Positions 1-9,032 of a stretch of DNA of 24,000 nucleotides are shown piece by piece. Origin of the DNA: an uncultured Actinomycetota bacterium (GTDB taxonomy: Bacteria; Actinomycetota; Actinomycetes; JAWWOL01). The stretch spans positions 2,962,881 through 2,986,880 of the forward strand of contig CAWCPQ010000001.1 of NCBI GenBank assembly GCA_963797535.1, written 5' to 3'. The notes under the pieces were generated by a model. The model saw only the letters and a program-made list of their open reading frames with translations. It had not been told where the DNA came from and ran no database searches. The translations under genes and the position numbers were made by a program. Positions within the stretch are counted from its first letter, which is position 1; each line of letters starts with the position of its first letter.

Positions 1-2668
1 TCGGAGCGACCAACGACAGGGCGAGCACAACCACCCACTCCCGGCCGGACAACGATGCGGTGTCCAGCAGCCGCTGGAACATGCTGAGCTCGACGGCAGC
101 CCAGGTGAGCAACCAGCCGACAATGATCCAGCCCAGGTACGGGAACACCGGCGAGGACCACGGCGCCTCCCGCTCCCGGCGCATGACGACGCCGAGGTTG
201 ACCGCGCTGAACGACACGATGGCGAAGGCCATGGTCATCGAGACCGACGCCTCAGTGGTGCTGGGCTGGTCCGGCCCGAACTGCAGGACCAGGAGAGCGC
301 TGACCGCGACGGCGAAGCCGGTGACGACCCACCGTACGACCTGCGGCGGGTTGACGATCTTGGTGCCCGGCTTGCGCGGGGGCCGTTGCATGACGCTCGG
401 GTCGGGCACGTCGACGATGAAGCCGATCACGACCGTGACCACGACGAAGAACTTGCAGAACAACAGCTGGAGCGGGAAGAGCGCCACCCCGTCGTTGATG
501 TTGAAGATCGTCGCGTACACCATCAGCTGCAGCACCGACGACAGGATCGTGAGCTGGAGCTTGATGTAGGACGAGATGCGCCGGTAGATGTCGCGACCGA
601 GATCGACGGCTCGGACCAGGGTCGCGAAGTTGTCGTCGGTCAGGACGATCTTGGCCGCCTGCTTGGTCACCTCGGAGCCGCTGCCCATCGCGACGCCGAT
701 GTCGGCCTGCTTCAAGGCGGCGGCGTCGTTGACGGCGTCGCCGGTCATCGCGACGACCTCGCCGGACTCCTGCATCAGCCGGGCCAGCCGCAGCTTGTCC
801 TCCGGCGCCACCCGGCCGAACACGTGCAGGTCGGGCAGCCGTCGAATGACCTCGGCGTCCTCCAGCCCCTGCAGCTCCGTGCCTGTGATGACGCCCGGCC
901 CGAGACCGAGCTCGTCGGCGATCGCGCGCGCCGTCACGGTGTGGTCGCCGGTGATCATCCGGACGTCGATGCCGGCCTCGCGGGCTACTCGTACGGCTTC
1001 CTTCGCTTCGGTACGCAGCGGATCCATGATCCCCACCAGCGAGACCAGGGTGAGCTCGTCCACGGCGGCCATCGGCGCGTCGATCGCCCCGTCCATCGTC
1101 GTGTCGTCGAGGCCCCGGATGGCGAACGCCAGCACCCGCAGACCTCGTTCGGACAGCGAGCGGTTGGCCTCGAGGATCTCATCGCGCACCCCGGCGATCG
1201 GGATCTCCTCGCCGTGCCACAGCGCCCGCGTGCAGCGGTCGATGACGACGTCGGGCGCCCCCTTGACGCACATGACATGCGGCTCCTGAACGATTCCGCC
1301 GATCAGCCACGGCGGGCAGTCGTGGAACGTCGCCATGAACTTGTACTCGGAGTCGAACGGCACCGTCGCGCGCCTGGGCACGGCCCTGCGGGTCTCCTCG
1401 GCGTCGACGCCCATCTTGGCGGCGAGGACGACGTAGGCCGCCTCGGTGGGATCGCCGATGACGGTCTGGTCCTCGGCGACGGTCGCGTCGGTGCACAGCG
1501 TCAGGCCGAGGGCGAGGCGGTGGAAATCGGGGGCGGCTGCCCCGGCAGAGCCCAGGATGGCGCCGGTCTTCTGGTAGCCGGGCCCTTCGATCGTGAACCA
1601 GTCGCCGCCGGTGAGCATGGTGGTCGCCGTCATCGCGTTCAGTGTCAGCGTGCCGGTCTTGTCGCTGTTGATCACCGTGGTTCCGCCGAGGGTCTCGACG
1701 TCGGTGAGGGACTTGACCACGGCCTTGTGCTCGGCCAGCCGGCGGGCGCCCGAGGACAACATCGTCTGCACGAACGTCGGCAGGCCGGTCGGGATGGCCG
1801 CGATGGCCGTCGACACGCACAGCAGCAGCAGGGTGTCGAGGTCCTGGCCGCGCGCGATCCCGAAGATCGCGATCACCGCGACCGCCGACCAGGCGACCAG
1901 GCCGAACACCTTGGTCATCGAGTCGAGCTCGAGCTGTAGCGGCGAGCGCGTCCGCTTGGTGGCGGTGACCATGTGGGCGATCCGGCCCATCTCGGTGGCC
2001 TCGCCGGTGCCGGTCACGATGAACGTGGCGCTGCCCCTGGTCACGTCGGTGTTCTGGAAGACCATGTTCGTACGGTCGCCGAGGGCGACCTGGCCCTCGG
2101 CGATGGTCAGCCGGTCCTTCGGTACGGGGGCGCTCTCGCCGGTGAGCGAGGCCTCCTGGACCTCCAACGAGGCTGCGGTCACGATCCGGCCGTCGGCTGG
2201 GATGACGTCGCCGGCCTCGACCTGGACGACGTCGCCGGGCACGAGCTCGAGCGACTCCACCTCCTCGAGCCGGCTGGACCGGCGCACCCGCGCACGCGGC
2301 ACCTGCAGCTGGGCAAGGGCCTCGACGCTGGCGCGGGCTTTCAGCTCCTGGTTCGAGCCCATGACGACGTTGAAGGTCACCAGGGCCAGGACGACGATCG
2401 CGGTGGCGACCTGGCTGATGGCAAAGCTGGCGATGCACACGATCAACAACATGATGTTCATCGGGTTGGTCAGCTGGACCTTCGCGACCGCCCAGACGCT
2501 GGGCGGCGGCTCGCTCGCCAACGCGTTGGGCCCGAACTGCGCGAGCCGGCTCGCAGCCTCGTCCCCGTCCAGGCCCCGTTCCGGATCCACCTGGAGCAGC
2601 GTGGCGGCGTCGTCCGCCGACCGGCCGTACCAGGCAACGTCCTGGATCTGATCGTTGGTAACCGTCAT
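1..2668 (-). CDS. Cation-transporting P-type ATPase (P2 / E1-E2 type, Ca2+/Mg2+-ATPase-like); the last ~20-40 codons run off the left edge of the window
   Basis: Not in the supplied ORF track because the frame has no stop inside the window. I read every plus-strand triplet in register 2,5,8... from nt 2 to 2668 and found no tta/cta/tca. That gives 889 uninterrupted minus-strand codons from the ATG at 2668-2666. The translation begins MTVTNDQIQDVAWYGRSADDAATLLQVDPERGLDGDEAASRLAQFGPNAL. It contains INSDKTGTL (DKTGT phosphorylation motif, nt 1646-1672), RMITGDH, and VVAMTGDAVNDAAALKQADIGVAMG (hinge motif, nt 683-757). The ATG overlaps the upstream permease stop (ATGA at 2665-2668). Confidence 0.9.
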   Translation of the reverse strand, partial: MTVTNDQIQDVAWYGRSADDAATLLQVDPERGLDGDEAASRLAQFGPNALASEPPPSVWAVAKVQLTNPMNIMLLIVCIASFAISQVATAIVVLALVTFNVVMGSNQELKARASVEALAQLQVPRARVRRSSRLEEVESLELVPGDVVQVEAGDVIPADGRIVTAASLEVQEASLTGESAPVPKDRLTIAEGQVALGDRTNMVFQNTDVTRGSATFIVTGTGEATEMGRIAHMVTATKRTRSPLQLELDSMTKVFGLVAWSAVAVIAIFGIARGQDLDTLLLLCVSTAIAAIPTGLPTFVQTMLSSGARRLAEHKAVVKSLTDVETLGGTTVINSDKTGTLTLNAMTATTMLTGGDWFTIEGPGYQKTGAILGSAGAAAPDFHRLALGLTLCTDATVAEDQTVIGDPTEAAYVVLAAKMGVDAEETRRAVPRRATVPFDSEYKFMATFHDCPPWLIGGIVQEPHVMCVKGAPDVVIDRCTRALWHGEEIPIAGVRDEILEANRSLSERGLRVLAFAIRGLDDTTMDGAIDAPMAAVDELTLVSLVGIMDPLRTEAKEAVRVAREAGIDVRMITGDHTVTARAIADELGLGPGVITGTELQGLEDAEVIRRLPDLHVFGRVAPEDKLRLARLMQESGEVVAMTGDAVNDAAALKQADIGVAMGSGSEVTKQAAKIVLTDDNFATLVRAVDLGRDIYRRISSYIKLQLTILSSVLQLMVYATIFNINDGVALFPLQLLFCKFFVVVTVVIGFIVDVPDPSVMQRPPRKPGTKIVNPPQVVRWVVTGFAVAVSALLVLQFGPDQPSTTEASVSMTMAFAIVSFSAVNLGVVMRREREAPWSSPVFPYLGWIIVGWLLTWAAVELSMFQRLLDTASLSGREWVVVLALSLVAP

Positions 2669-3981
2669 GTCAACGCCTCTCGAGATCGACCGCCCGGGTG
2701 GGCGGATCGACGGTGCTTCCAGACCAAGTCCATAGCCACGCTCAATGCCACGATCGCCACCATGGCGACGGCCGTGCCCGGTTCGTGGACCAGCGTCGTC
2801 AGGATGAAGGCCACGAGTACGACCAGCGTGCTGGCAGTGGCGAGCACGAGCACCCAGGTGCGAGCACCGGTTTCCCCGCGTACCCGCAGGTGACCGATGG
2901 TCACGAGGCCGAAGACGATGAGGGCGATCGCACTGCCGATCGACGCGATCGAGCTCAGGTCGAAACCCACGGCGAGTACGCCGGCGAGCCCGGCGGTCAC
3001 GAGCAGCCCGACCGGTGCCCGTCCCCCGGCCACCCGCTGGCCGAGCACCGGCGGGAACTGCCCCGTATTGGCCATCTGTTCGCACAGGCCCGCCGCGGGA
3101 TACAGACCAGCGTTGGTCGCGCCCGAGGTGGCGAACAGCGCCGTCACCGTCATCAGCCAGTACCCGGCCTGGCCGAGCACCGGCTGCGCAGCCACTGCCA
3201 GGGCCGTGCCGCCGGACGCGACCACCTGGTCGACGGTGAGAGTGCCGAAGACGCCGACGGAAACGGCGACGTAGATGACGGTCGCGATGCCGAGTGCGAG
3301 GTACATCGCCCGCGGCAGCTGCCGGGACGGGTTCGGCAGGTCCTTGGCGGTGAAGGTGATGATGCCGAACCCCAGGAACGCGAAGAACGTCAGGGCCACG
3401 CTGGAAACGATCGCGTGCAGCGGCGGGTAGCCGGAGAACGCGAGCAGCTGTGGGTGGAGGTTGGTCAGCGTGGCGACGGCGAACACGGTGAGGATCCCGA
3501 CCACCACAATGACGATGAGGGTCTGGGCCCTGGCGACGGCCCTGGAGCCGAAGAGGTTGAGCAACGTCATGCAGGCCACCACGAGCAATGCGAAGAACTT
3601 CACCGAGGCTTGGCTGTCCAAGTTGAACGCACTGCTGGCGTAGCTGCCGAACGAGACGGCGACCATGCCGGTGACGATGCCGTTGGTGGCCAGGACCAGC
3701 CAGGCGATGACGCCGGTGAAGTGGCCGTCGCCGTACCCCCTCGAGACGTACTCGAGCAGTCCCCCCGCCGACGGATAGCGGGCGCCCATCTTGGCGAAGG
3801 AGTATCCCTGAAGCCCGGCCACGGCACCGGCCAGCAGGAACGACAGCCACACCGCGGAGCCGGCAACTTCCCCGGCCGCGCCGAGCAGCGAGAAGATGCC
3901 GGCCCCCACCATCGCGCCGACACCGATGAAGGCCGCCTGGCGCACGTTCAGGGAAGTTGGTGGTGGCTCTCCGGCGGTCAT
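2665..3981 (-). CDS. APC-superfamily amino acid/polyamine permease (about 12 TM)
   Basis: 438-aa ORF. The N-terminus LNVRQAAFIGVGAMVGAGIFSLLGAAGEVAGSAVWLSFLLAGAVAGLQGYSFAKMGARYPSAGGLLEYV matches the typical APC permease TM1-TM3 signature, and the protein is hydrophobic throughout. An AGGGAAG SD-like element lies about 8 nt upstream of the ATG at 3981. The stop overlaps the ATPase start. Confidence 0.85.
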   Translation of the reverse strand: MTAGEPPPTSLNVRQAAFIGVGAMVGAGIFSLLGAAGEVAGSAVWLSFLLAGAVAGLQGYSFAKMGARYPSAGGLLEYVSRGYGDGHFTGVIAWLVLATNGIVTGMVAVSFGSYASSAFNLDSQASVKFFALLVVACMTLLNLFGSRAVARAQTLIVIVVVGILTVFAVATLTNLHPQLLAFSGYPPLHAIVSSVALTFFAFLGFGIITFTAKDLPNPSRQLPRAMYLALGIATVIYVAVSVGVFGTLTVDQVVASGGTALAVAAQPVLGQAGYWLMTVTALFATSGATNAGLYPAAGLCEQMANTGQFPPVLGQRVAGGRAPVGLLVTAGLAGVLAVGFDLSSIASIGSAIALIVFGLVTIGHLRVRGETGARTWVLVLATASTLVVLVAFILTTLVHEPGTAVAMVAIVALSVAMDLVWKHRRSAHPGGRSREALT

Positions 3982-4121
3982 TGGCCCACTTCCCTAGCCA
4001 TGCACGGCATCCGAGTCGCCAGAGGTACGCGATCCCGGCCGGCGCAGCCAGTCAGTATCGTCGCCAGGCCGGATGGGGGCTGCATCCTCCGAACGGGATG
4101 AAAGATCAACGTGGTGCCAGG

Positions 4122-4138
4122 CAGACCCGGCCGGGCTG
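4122..4138 (-). terminator. Candidate stem-loop downstream of arcD (CAGACCC-GGCC-GGGCTG on the plus strand)
   Basis: Short GC hairpin about 22 nt past the arcD stop (4161-4163). On the transcribed strand it is followed by a weakly T-rich stretch (TTGATCTTTC). The stem is imperfect (one unpaired A) and there is no clear U-tract. Confidence 0.3.
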
Positions 4139-4160
4139 TTCGTGTCCGTCATGCGCCGGG

Positions 4161-5561
4161 CTACCGGTACGGCGGTGTCGGTCCGGGCGCGGTCATGACC
4201 TCACGCTGGGAGCGGTAGACCGGAATGCCGAGCAGCAGTGCGCCGCCAGCCAGCAGGAAGGGCGCCCAGTAGACCCAGAAGCTCTGGCCGGTGTTGCGCG
4301 AGTAGACGATGAACAGGATCGAGAAGATCAGCGAGATCACGGCCACGATCATGTCGCGGATGAACCGCGGGGTCTCGAGCGTCTGGTGGTCGATCCAGCG
4401 CCACTTGATCTGAGCGAGAGCCGAGAATCCGTACGGGATGGCTGCGGTGATGCCGGTCATGAGCACCAGCGTCGTGAAGACCGTGGCACCGCCGGACCCC
4501 AGGTAGTTGATGATCATCGTGATGGAGGCCAGCGTGGTCGACGCGATGACGCCGAACGAGGGCACGCCTGCTGTGGACAGCCGCTTGAACTGTTGTGGAA
4601 AGAGGCCGTCGTTCGCGGCCGCGAGGGGCATCTCGGCGCAGATCATGGTCCAGCCGTTCAGGGCGCCGAAACCCGAGATGATGACAGCGATGGCCATCAC
4701 ATAGCCGGCCCAGGTTCCGCCGAAAATGGCATTGGCAGCGTCGGAGAACGGAGCAGTGGACTCGGCCAGGGTCGGGCTGGGCAGGATGCCGAACACCGCG
4801 GTCAGGGACAGCATGTAGACCACAGCGGTGGCGAGGGTCCCGAAGATGGTTGCCTTGGGCACGTTGCGATCCGGGTCCTTGACCCGCTGCGCCGCGACAG
4901 CGGCCGTCTCGACACCGAGATAGCTGAACAATGCGATCGCCATGCCGCCACCGATGGCAGCGATCGTGCTCTCGCCGGAGATGTTCCACGGGGTGTAGTT
5001 GGCCTGGTGGATAAAGAAAAGGCCGACCGTCGACATGAAGGCCAGTGCCGCGAACTTCACGATCGTGGTGACCACCTGAACCGAGCCGATGTTCTTCACG
5101 CCGGAAAGGTTGATCGCGGCCGGAATCCACAGCCCGACCAGCACCAGCAGGACCGACCCCAGGCGGTTGTGTCCCTTGTTGATGAAGACCTCGACGTAGA
5201 GCACCCAACCGACAGCGATCGCTGCATTGCCGGCCCACGCGGTGATCCAGTAGGACCAGGCGTTCGCGAAGCCGAGGCCGTTGCCGAACGCGCTTCTTGC
5301 GTACGCGTACGGCCCGCCGTCGGCCGGCAGCCGACGGGACAGTGACGCGAACAGCACGGCCAGCGCGAGCGCTCCGATGGTGGTGATCCCCATCGAGACC
5401 AGGCTGATCGGCCCGTAGGACGCGAGCGAGGTCGGCAGGTTGAAGACGCCGACGCCGATGATGCTGCCCACGATCAACGCAATGGCAGCGGACAGGCCGA
5501 ACCTGTTGCCCGGTGCCGCAGCGGCGGGCGCCTCCTCCGCCGACTCGGTGTTGGTGGTCAC
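4161..5561 (-). CDS. arcD: Arginine:ornithine antiporter-like transporter (APC superfamily, basic amino acid/polyamine antiporter type)
   Basis: 466-aa polytopic ORF. FGLSAAIALIVGSIIGVGVFNLPTSLASYGPISLVSMGITTIGALALAVLFASLSRRLPADGGPYAYARSAFG is typical of the APA family (ArcD/PotE/CadB-like). It is the last gene of the arcC-arcA-arcB cluster, 6 nt after the arcB stop. The substrate assignment rests on context. Confidence 0.75.
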   Translation of the reverse strand: MTTNTESAEEAPAAAAPGNRFGLSAAIALIVGSIIGVGVFNLPTSLASYGPISLVSMGITTIGALALAVLFASLSRRLPADGGPYAYARSAFGNGLGFANAWSYWITAWAGNAAIAVGWVLYVEVFINKGHNRLGSVLLVLVGLWIPAAINLSGVKNIGSVQVVTTIVKFAALAFMSTVGLFFIHQANYTPWNISGESTIAAIGGGMAIALFSYLGVETAAVAAQRVKDPDRNVPKATIFGTLATAVVYMLSLTAVFGILPSPTLAESTAPFSDAANAIFGGTWAGYVMAIAVIISGFGALNGWTMICAEMPLAAANDGLFPQQFKRLSTAGVPSFGVIASTTLASITMIINYLGSGGATVFTTLVLMTGITAAIPYGFSALAQIKWRWIDHQTLETPRFIRDMIVAVISLIFSILFIVYSRNTGQSFWVYWAPFLLAGGALLLGIPVYRSQREVMTAPGPTPPYR

Positions 5562-5567
5562 GGCACC

Positions 5568-6572
5568 TCAGCTGCCGAGCGTCGCGACGAGGATCGCCTT
5601 GATGGTGTGCAGGCGGTTTTCGGCCTGGTCGAACACGATGCTCGCCGGCGACTCGAAGACTTCGCCCGTGACCTCGAGGCCGTCGTTCATGCCGGTGTGG
5701 CTCATGATCTCGGCGCCGACGATGGTGTTCGGGTCGTGGAACGCCGGCAGGCAGTGCATGAACTTCACCCGTGGGTTCCCCGATGCCTTGAGCAGGGCGC
5801 TGTTGACTTGGTACGGCTTCAGCTGGCCGACCCGATCGGTCCAGACGTCCTTCGCCTCACCCATGGACACCCACACGTCGGTGTGGATGAAGTCGACCCC
5901 CTGTACGGCTTCTGCTGCTTGCGTGGCGATGGTGATCCGGGCGCCGGTACGGCCGGCGATCTCCTCCGCCAGGTCGACCACGTCCTTGGGCGGGTGCAGC
6001 TCCGGCGGCCCGGCGAGACGGACGTCGCTGCCCATCAGCGCGCCCATGATCAGCAGTGACCGGCCCATGTTGAAACGGCAGTCGCCGACGTAGGCGTAGC
6101 TGAGCGCGTCGTAGGGCTTGTTGCTCGACTCGTGCATGGTGAGGAAGTCGGCGAGCATCTGGGTGGGGTGCCACTCGGCGGTGAGGCCGTTGTAGACGGG
6201 GACGCCCGCGTTCTCCGCGAGCTCTTCCACCTCGGCCTGGGTGTTGCCGCGGAACTCGATCGCGTCGTACATGCGTCCCAGCACCCGAGCGGTGTCGGCG
6301 ATCGACTCCTTGTGGCCCAGCTGGGAGCCAGTGGGGTCGAGGTAGGTGACGTGAGCGCCCTGGTCGAAGGCCGCGACCTCGAAGGAGGACCTGGTCCGGG
6401 TCGAGGACTTCTCGAAGATGAGTGCGATCTCCTTGCCCTCGAGCCGCTTCGCCTCGTTCCCCGCGTACTTTGCCTGCTTGAGCGCGCTGGCCAGCTGCAG
6501 CAGGAATTGCAGCTCACGTGGCTGAAAGTCGATTTCCTTCACGAAGTTGCGGTTTCTCAAGTTGAACGACAT
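5568..6572 (-). CDS. arcB: Ornithine carbamoyltransferase, catabolic type
   Basis: [14 protein letters not shown]..., [26 protein letters not shown] (STRTR carbamoyl-phosphate motif), HPTQMLAD and FMHCLPAFH (HCLP motif). By eye it is colinear with P. aeruginosa ArcB along its length. The track starts at GTG 6575. The adjacent ATG at 6572 sits 7 nt after GGGAG and matches homolog N-termini. Confidence 0.93.
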   Translation of the reverse strand: MSFNLRNRNFVKEIDFQPRELQFLLQLASALKQAKYAGNEAKRLEGKEIALIFEKSSTRTRSSFEVAAFDQGAHVTYLDPTGSQLGHKESIADTARVLGRMYDAIEFRGNTQAEVEELAENAGVPVYNGLTAEWHPTQMLADFLTMHESSNKPYDALSYAYVGDCRFNMGRSLLIMGALMGSDVRLAGPPELHPPKDVVDLAEEIAGRTGARITIATQAAEAVQGVDFIHTDVWVSMGEAKDVWTDRVGQLKPYQVNSALLKASGNPRVKFMHCLPAFHDPNTIVGAEIMSHTGMNDGLEVTGEVFESPASIVFDQAENRLHTIKAILVATLGS

Positions 6573-6590
6573 CACGAATCTCCCGGTGGA

Positions 6591-7811
6591 CTAGAACGCC
6601 GCGTCACGTTCGAGCGGACAGGTCATGCAGTGCGAACCGCCTCGGCCGCGGCCGAGCTCGAACCCCTCGATCGTGATTACTTCAATGCCAGCCTTGCGCA
6701 GTGCCGTGTTCGTCCCGACGTTGCGTTCGTACGCGACGACCACGCCGGGCTCGAGCGCGACGACATTGTTTCCGTCGTCCCACTGCTCGCGTTCGGCGGC
6801 GAACTGGTCGCCGCCGGTCTCGACCACGCGCATGTGCGGGATTCCCAGCGCCTTGGCCATGTGGTCGGTCAGCGGCCCGATCTGCTCCTCGACCACGAGG
6901 TCGTCCGCCGACTCGCCTGGCCGGATCGCCCAGGTCCGTGCGCCGCCGATCACTTGCGGGAACAGGGTCACCAGGTCCCGGTCGCACATCGTGATGACCG
7001 TGTCGAGGTGCATGTAGCTGCGGGACTTCGGAAGGCTGACGCCGAGCACCTGCTTGGCCGAGCCGGTTCGGAACAGCGAGCGGGCGATCCACAGCACGGC
7101 CTGCGGGGTGGTCCGCTCGCCCATGCCGATCATGACGGTGCCGTTGCCGATCGGCTGGACGTCGCCGCCCTCGACGTGCGTGCGGCCCCACTGCTCGTCG
7201 GAGCCACCGAGCCAGATCGGGAACTTCTCGGCCTCGAACATCGGGTGGAACCGGTAGATCGCCTCGACGAGCATCGTCTCCGGCTGGCGGGCCGGCTTCG
7301 TCATCGGATTGATGGTGACGCCTTCGAAGATCCAGCACGACGGGTCGCGCTGGAACAAGAAGTTGGGCAACGGGGGCAGCAACATGCTGGTCGGGTCCGC
7401 GGACTCCCACACCAAGCCGATGTTCTGCGCGACCTCGCTCCTGGTGATGCCACCGATGAGGAATTCGGCCACCTGTGCGGCGTCTGCACTTTCCACCCAT
7501 TCGCGGGCACGGGTCGCGGCGGTGATGCCGACCTGGCGCTCGCTGAGAATGTGGTCGCACACCCAGTCCGTCACGCCGGGTCGGGCGAGTGCTTCGGCCA
7601 GGAGGCGCTCGGCCTCGAACACCTCCACCCCGCGGTCGCGCATGGCCTCCACGAACATGTCGTGCTCGGCCCTCGCCTGCTTCACCCAGAGCACGTCGTC
7701 GAACAGCAAGTCAGCAGCGTTGGACGGTGTCAGCCGCGTGTGCTCCAGGCCTGGCCGGTGGACCATAACTTGACGTAGCTTGCCGACCTCGGAATAGACG
7801 CCGAATGACAT
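6591..7811 (-). CDS. arcA: Arginine deiminase
   Basis: [43 protein letters not shown]..., [49 protein letters not shown] and [15 protein letters not shown] (catalytic Cys) are all classic ADI blocks. The start is re-set from 7877 to the ATG at 7811, which is preceded by GAGAGGGA with about 5 nt spacing. The track's extra 22 aa would overlap arcC. Confidence 0.95.
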   Translation of the reverse strand: MSFGVYSEVGKLRQVMVHRPGLEHTRLTPSNAADLLFDDVLWVKQARAEHDMFVEAMRDRGVEVFEAERLLAEALARPGVTDWVCDHILSERQVGITAATRAREWVESADAAQVAEFLIGGITRSEVAQNIGLVWESADPTSMLLPPLPNFLFQRDPSCWIFEGVTINPMTKPARQPETMLVEAIYRFHPMFEAEKFPIWLGGSDEQWGRTHVEGGDVQPIGNGTVMIGMGERTTPQAVLWIARSLFRTGSAKQVLGVSLPKSRSYMHLDTVITMCDRDLVTLFPQVIGGARTWAIRPGESADDLVVEEQIGPLTDHMAKALGIPHMRVVETGGDQFAAEREQWDDGNNVVALEPGVVVAYERNVGTNTALRKAGIEVITIEGFELGRGRGGSHCMTCPLERDAAF

Positions 7812-7836
7812 GACCGTCCCTCTCAAATTCGGTGGT

Positions 7837-8790
7837 TCAGGCGGGCTGGGCTGAGCCGAACTCGATACCTTCGACATCCGTGGAGATACGCGTGCCCGCG
7901 TCGCCGGCCAGCATCGCCGCTATGTCTACGAGGGCGCCGATCGTCGCTGGTTTGCCTGTGGCGCGGGTGAAGTCACACGCCGCCAGGACTTTGGGCAGCA
8001 TCGATCCGGCGGCGAACTCGGAACGCAGGTCGCCCTCGATCACGTCCGGGTGGACTCGGCGGATCGACTGCTGGTCGGGCCGGCCGAAGTGCACGTAGGC
8101 CGCAGGCGCGTCGGTCGCGAGGATCAAGGCGTCGGCGTCGATGTCGCGCGCCAGCAATGCGCTCGCATGATCCTTGTCGATTACCGCCTCGATGCCGATC
8201 AGCTTTCCCTGCTGGTCATAGGCGGTGGGGATGCCGCCACCTCCTGCACAGATCACAACGCAGCCGCGCTCGAGCAGCCACCTGATCGGCCGGCGCTCGA
8301 AGATCCGGCGGGGGGCCGGTGACGGCACTACCCGCCGCATGCTGTCCCCATCCGGCTTGAACACCCAACCCCGGTCTCCGGCCAGCTTGTCAGCCTCCGC
8401 TGCGGTGTAGATCGGCCCGATCGGCTTTGTCGGACTGGCAAAGGCCGGGTCGTCAGGGTCGACCTCGATCATGGTCAGCAGTGCGGCCAAGGGCTTTTCG
8501 GCCGGAAGCCGGTTGCCCAGCTCCTGCTCGACCAGGTAGCCGATCATTCCCTGCGTCTCGGCGCCCAGGACATCCAGCGGGGACTCTGCCGGACCCTGGT
8601 AGGCAGCTTCTTCCAGGGCGAGCAAGCCGATCTGCGGACCGTTGCCGTGCGACACGACCAGCTCGTGCAGCTGGGCAATGGGCGCCAGCTGGTCGCACGC
8701 AACGCCGACGTTGACTCGCTGGGTCTCGACGGTCATCGGCTGTCCGCGTCGCAGCAGTGCATTACCGCCGAGCGCAACCACAACCCTCAC
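7837..8790 (-). CDS. arcC: Carbamate kinase
   Basis: [20 protein letters not shown]..., [38 protein letters not shown] and [15 protein letters not shown] match carbamate kinase end to end. The start is re-set from 8988 to GTG 8790 (homologs begin [13 protein letters not shown]), with AAGGTGG 9 nt upstream. The 66-aa track extension is Arg/Cys-rich junk. Confidence 0.93.
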   Translation of the reverse strand: MRVVVALGGNALLRRGQPMTVETQRVNVGVACDQLAPIAQLHELVVSHGNGPQIGLLALEEAAYQGPAESPLDVLGAETQGMIGYLVEQELGNRLPAEKPLAALLTMIEVDPDDPAFASPTKPIGPIYTAAEADKLAGDRGWVFKPDGDSMRRVVPSPAPRRIFERRPIRWLLERGCVVICAGGGGIPTAYDQQGKLIGIEAVIDKDHASALLARDIDADALILATDAPAAYVHFGRPDQQSIRRVHPDVIEGDLRSEFAAGSMLPKVLAACDFTRATGKPATIGALVDIAAMLAGDAGTRISTDVEGIEFGSAQPA

Positions 8791-8959
8791 ACTGACCGAC
8801 CACCTTGTCCGTCGAATGTCACGCCTCGTGGGTCCGCGGCTGGTGGCCGCGAACCGTTGGGTGGAGTCTCGCCAGCCCGCACCAGGCGTTACATCACCCG
8901 GAAAGGATGAACGCAGCCTTGCCAAGAGGCCGTACGGACTCCCCCCGAATACGCAGGAT

Positions 8960-8987
8960 TGCACTGCCATTAACAATGGGCAGCACA
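8960..8987. promoter_or_regulatory. Imperfect palindrome TGCACTGCCATT-AAC-AATGGGCAGCACA in the divergent arcC / 9033-ORF intergenic region (candidate operator)
   Basis: The arms match at 10 of 12 positions with one extra G in the right arm. It lies in the least GC-rich part of the 242-bp gap, about 170-195 nt upstream of arcC GTG 8790 and about 45-70 nt upstream of ATG 9033. I could not match it to a known regulator consensus. Confidence 0.3.
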
Positions 8988-9032
8988 AAGATGAACGCGG
9001 GGCTCAACCCCATTCTTCGCTAGGGTGCTCGC

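Noticed and set aside
386-2893. Track ORFs 386..1939 (+), 588..1289 (+), 1593..2651 (+), 1973..2893 (+) and 1179..2438 (-), each 230-517 aa
   Set aside because: All lie over the verified P-type ATPase frame. Their translations are Arg/Gly/Asp/His- or Ser/Thr/Ala-rich low-complexity strings typical of off-frame or antisense shadow ORFs in ~70% GC DNA. None carries a recognisable motif.
3982-4160. Possible riboswitch (for example M-box) or alternative CATCC/GGATG/CATCC pairing in the permease-ATPase leader
   Set aside because: I found only 5-bp mutually exclusive stems and could recognise no conserved riboswitch core by eye. This is too weak to call without an Rfam scan. Part of the region is probably the arcD terminator.
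2698-5345. Plus-strand ORFs 2698..4101 (467 aa) and 3957..5345 (462 aa), and minus-strand ORF 4201..5238 (345 aa)
   Set aside because: They are antisense or off-frame to the APC permease and arcD. Their composition is dominated by R, G, D, E and H with no hydrophobic core, so they are shadow frames.
6132-7778. Plus-strand 548-aa ORF and minus-strand 292-aa ORF (6682..7560) over arcA/arcB
   Set aside because: The arcA and arcB frames show end-to-end family motifs. The alternatives are Arg/Leu/Gly-rich with no motif.
7812-8988. N-terminal extensions of arcA (to 7877) and arcC (to 8988) in the track
   Set aside because: Homolog N-termini (MSFGVYSE..., [13 protein letters not shown]) start at internal codons that have proper SD spacing. 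The extensions are Cys/Arg/Ser-rich, and the arcA extension would overlap arcC.
8805-9023. 72-aa plus ORF (and internal ATG at 8907 just after GGAAAGG) in the arcC upstream region
   Set aside because: The SD-like element abuts the ATG with no spacer. The region has low coding bias and the peptide is basic and low-complexity. It is more likely untranslated leader or promoter DNA.
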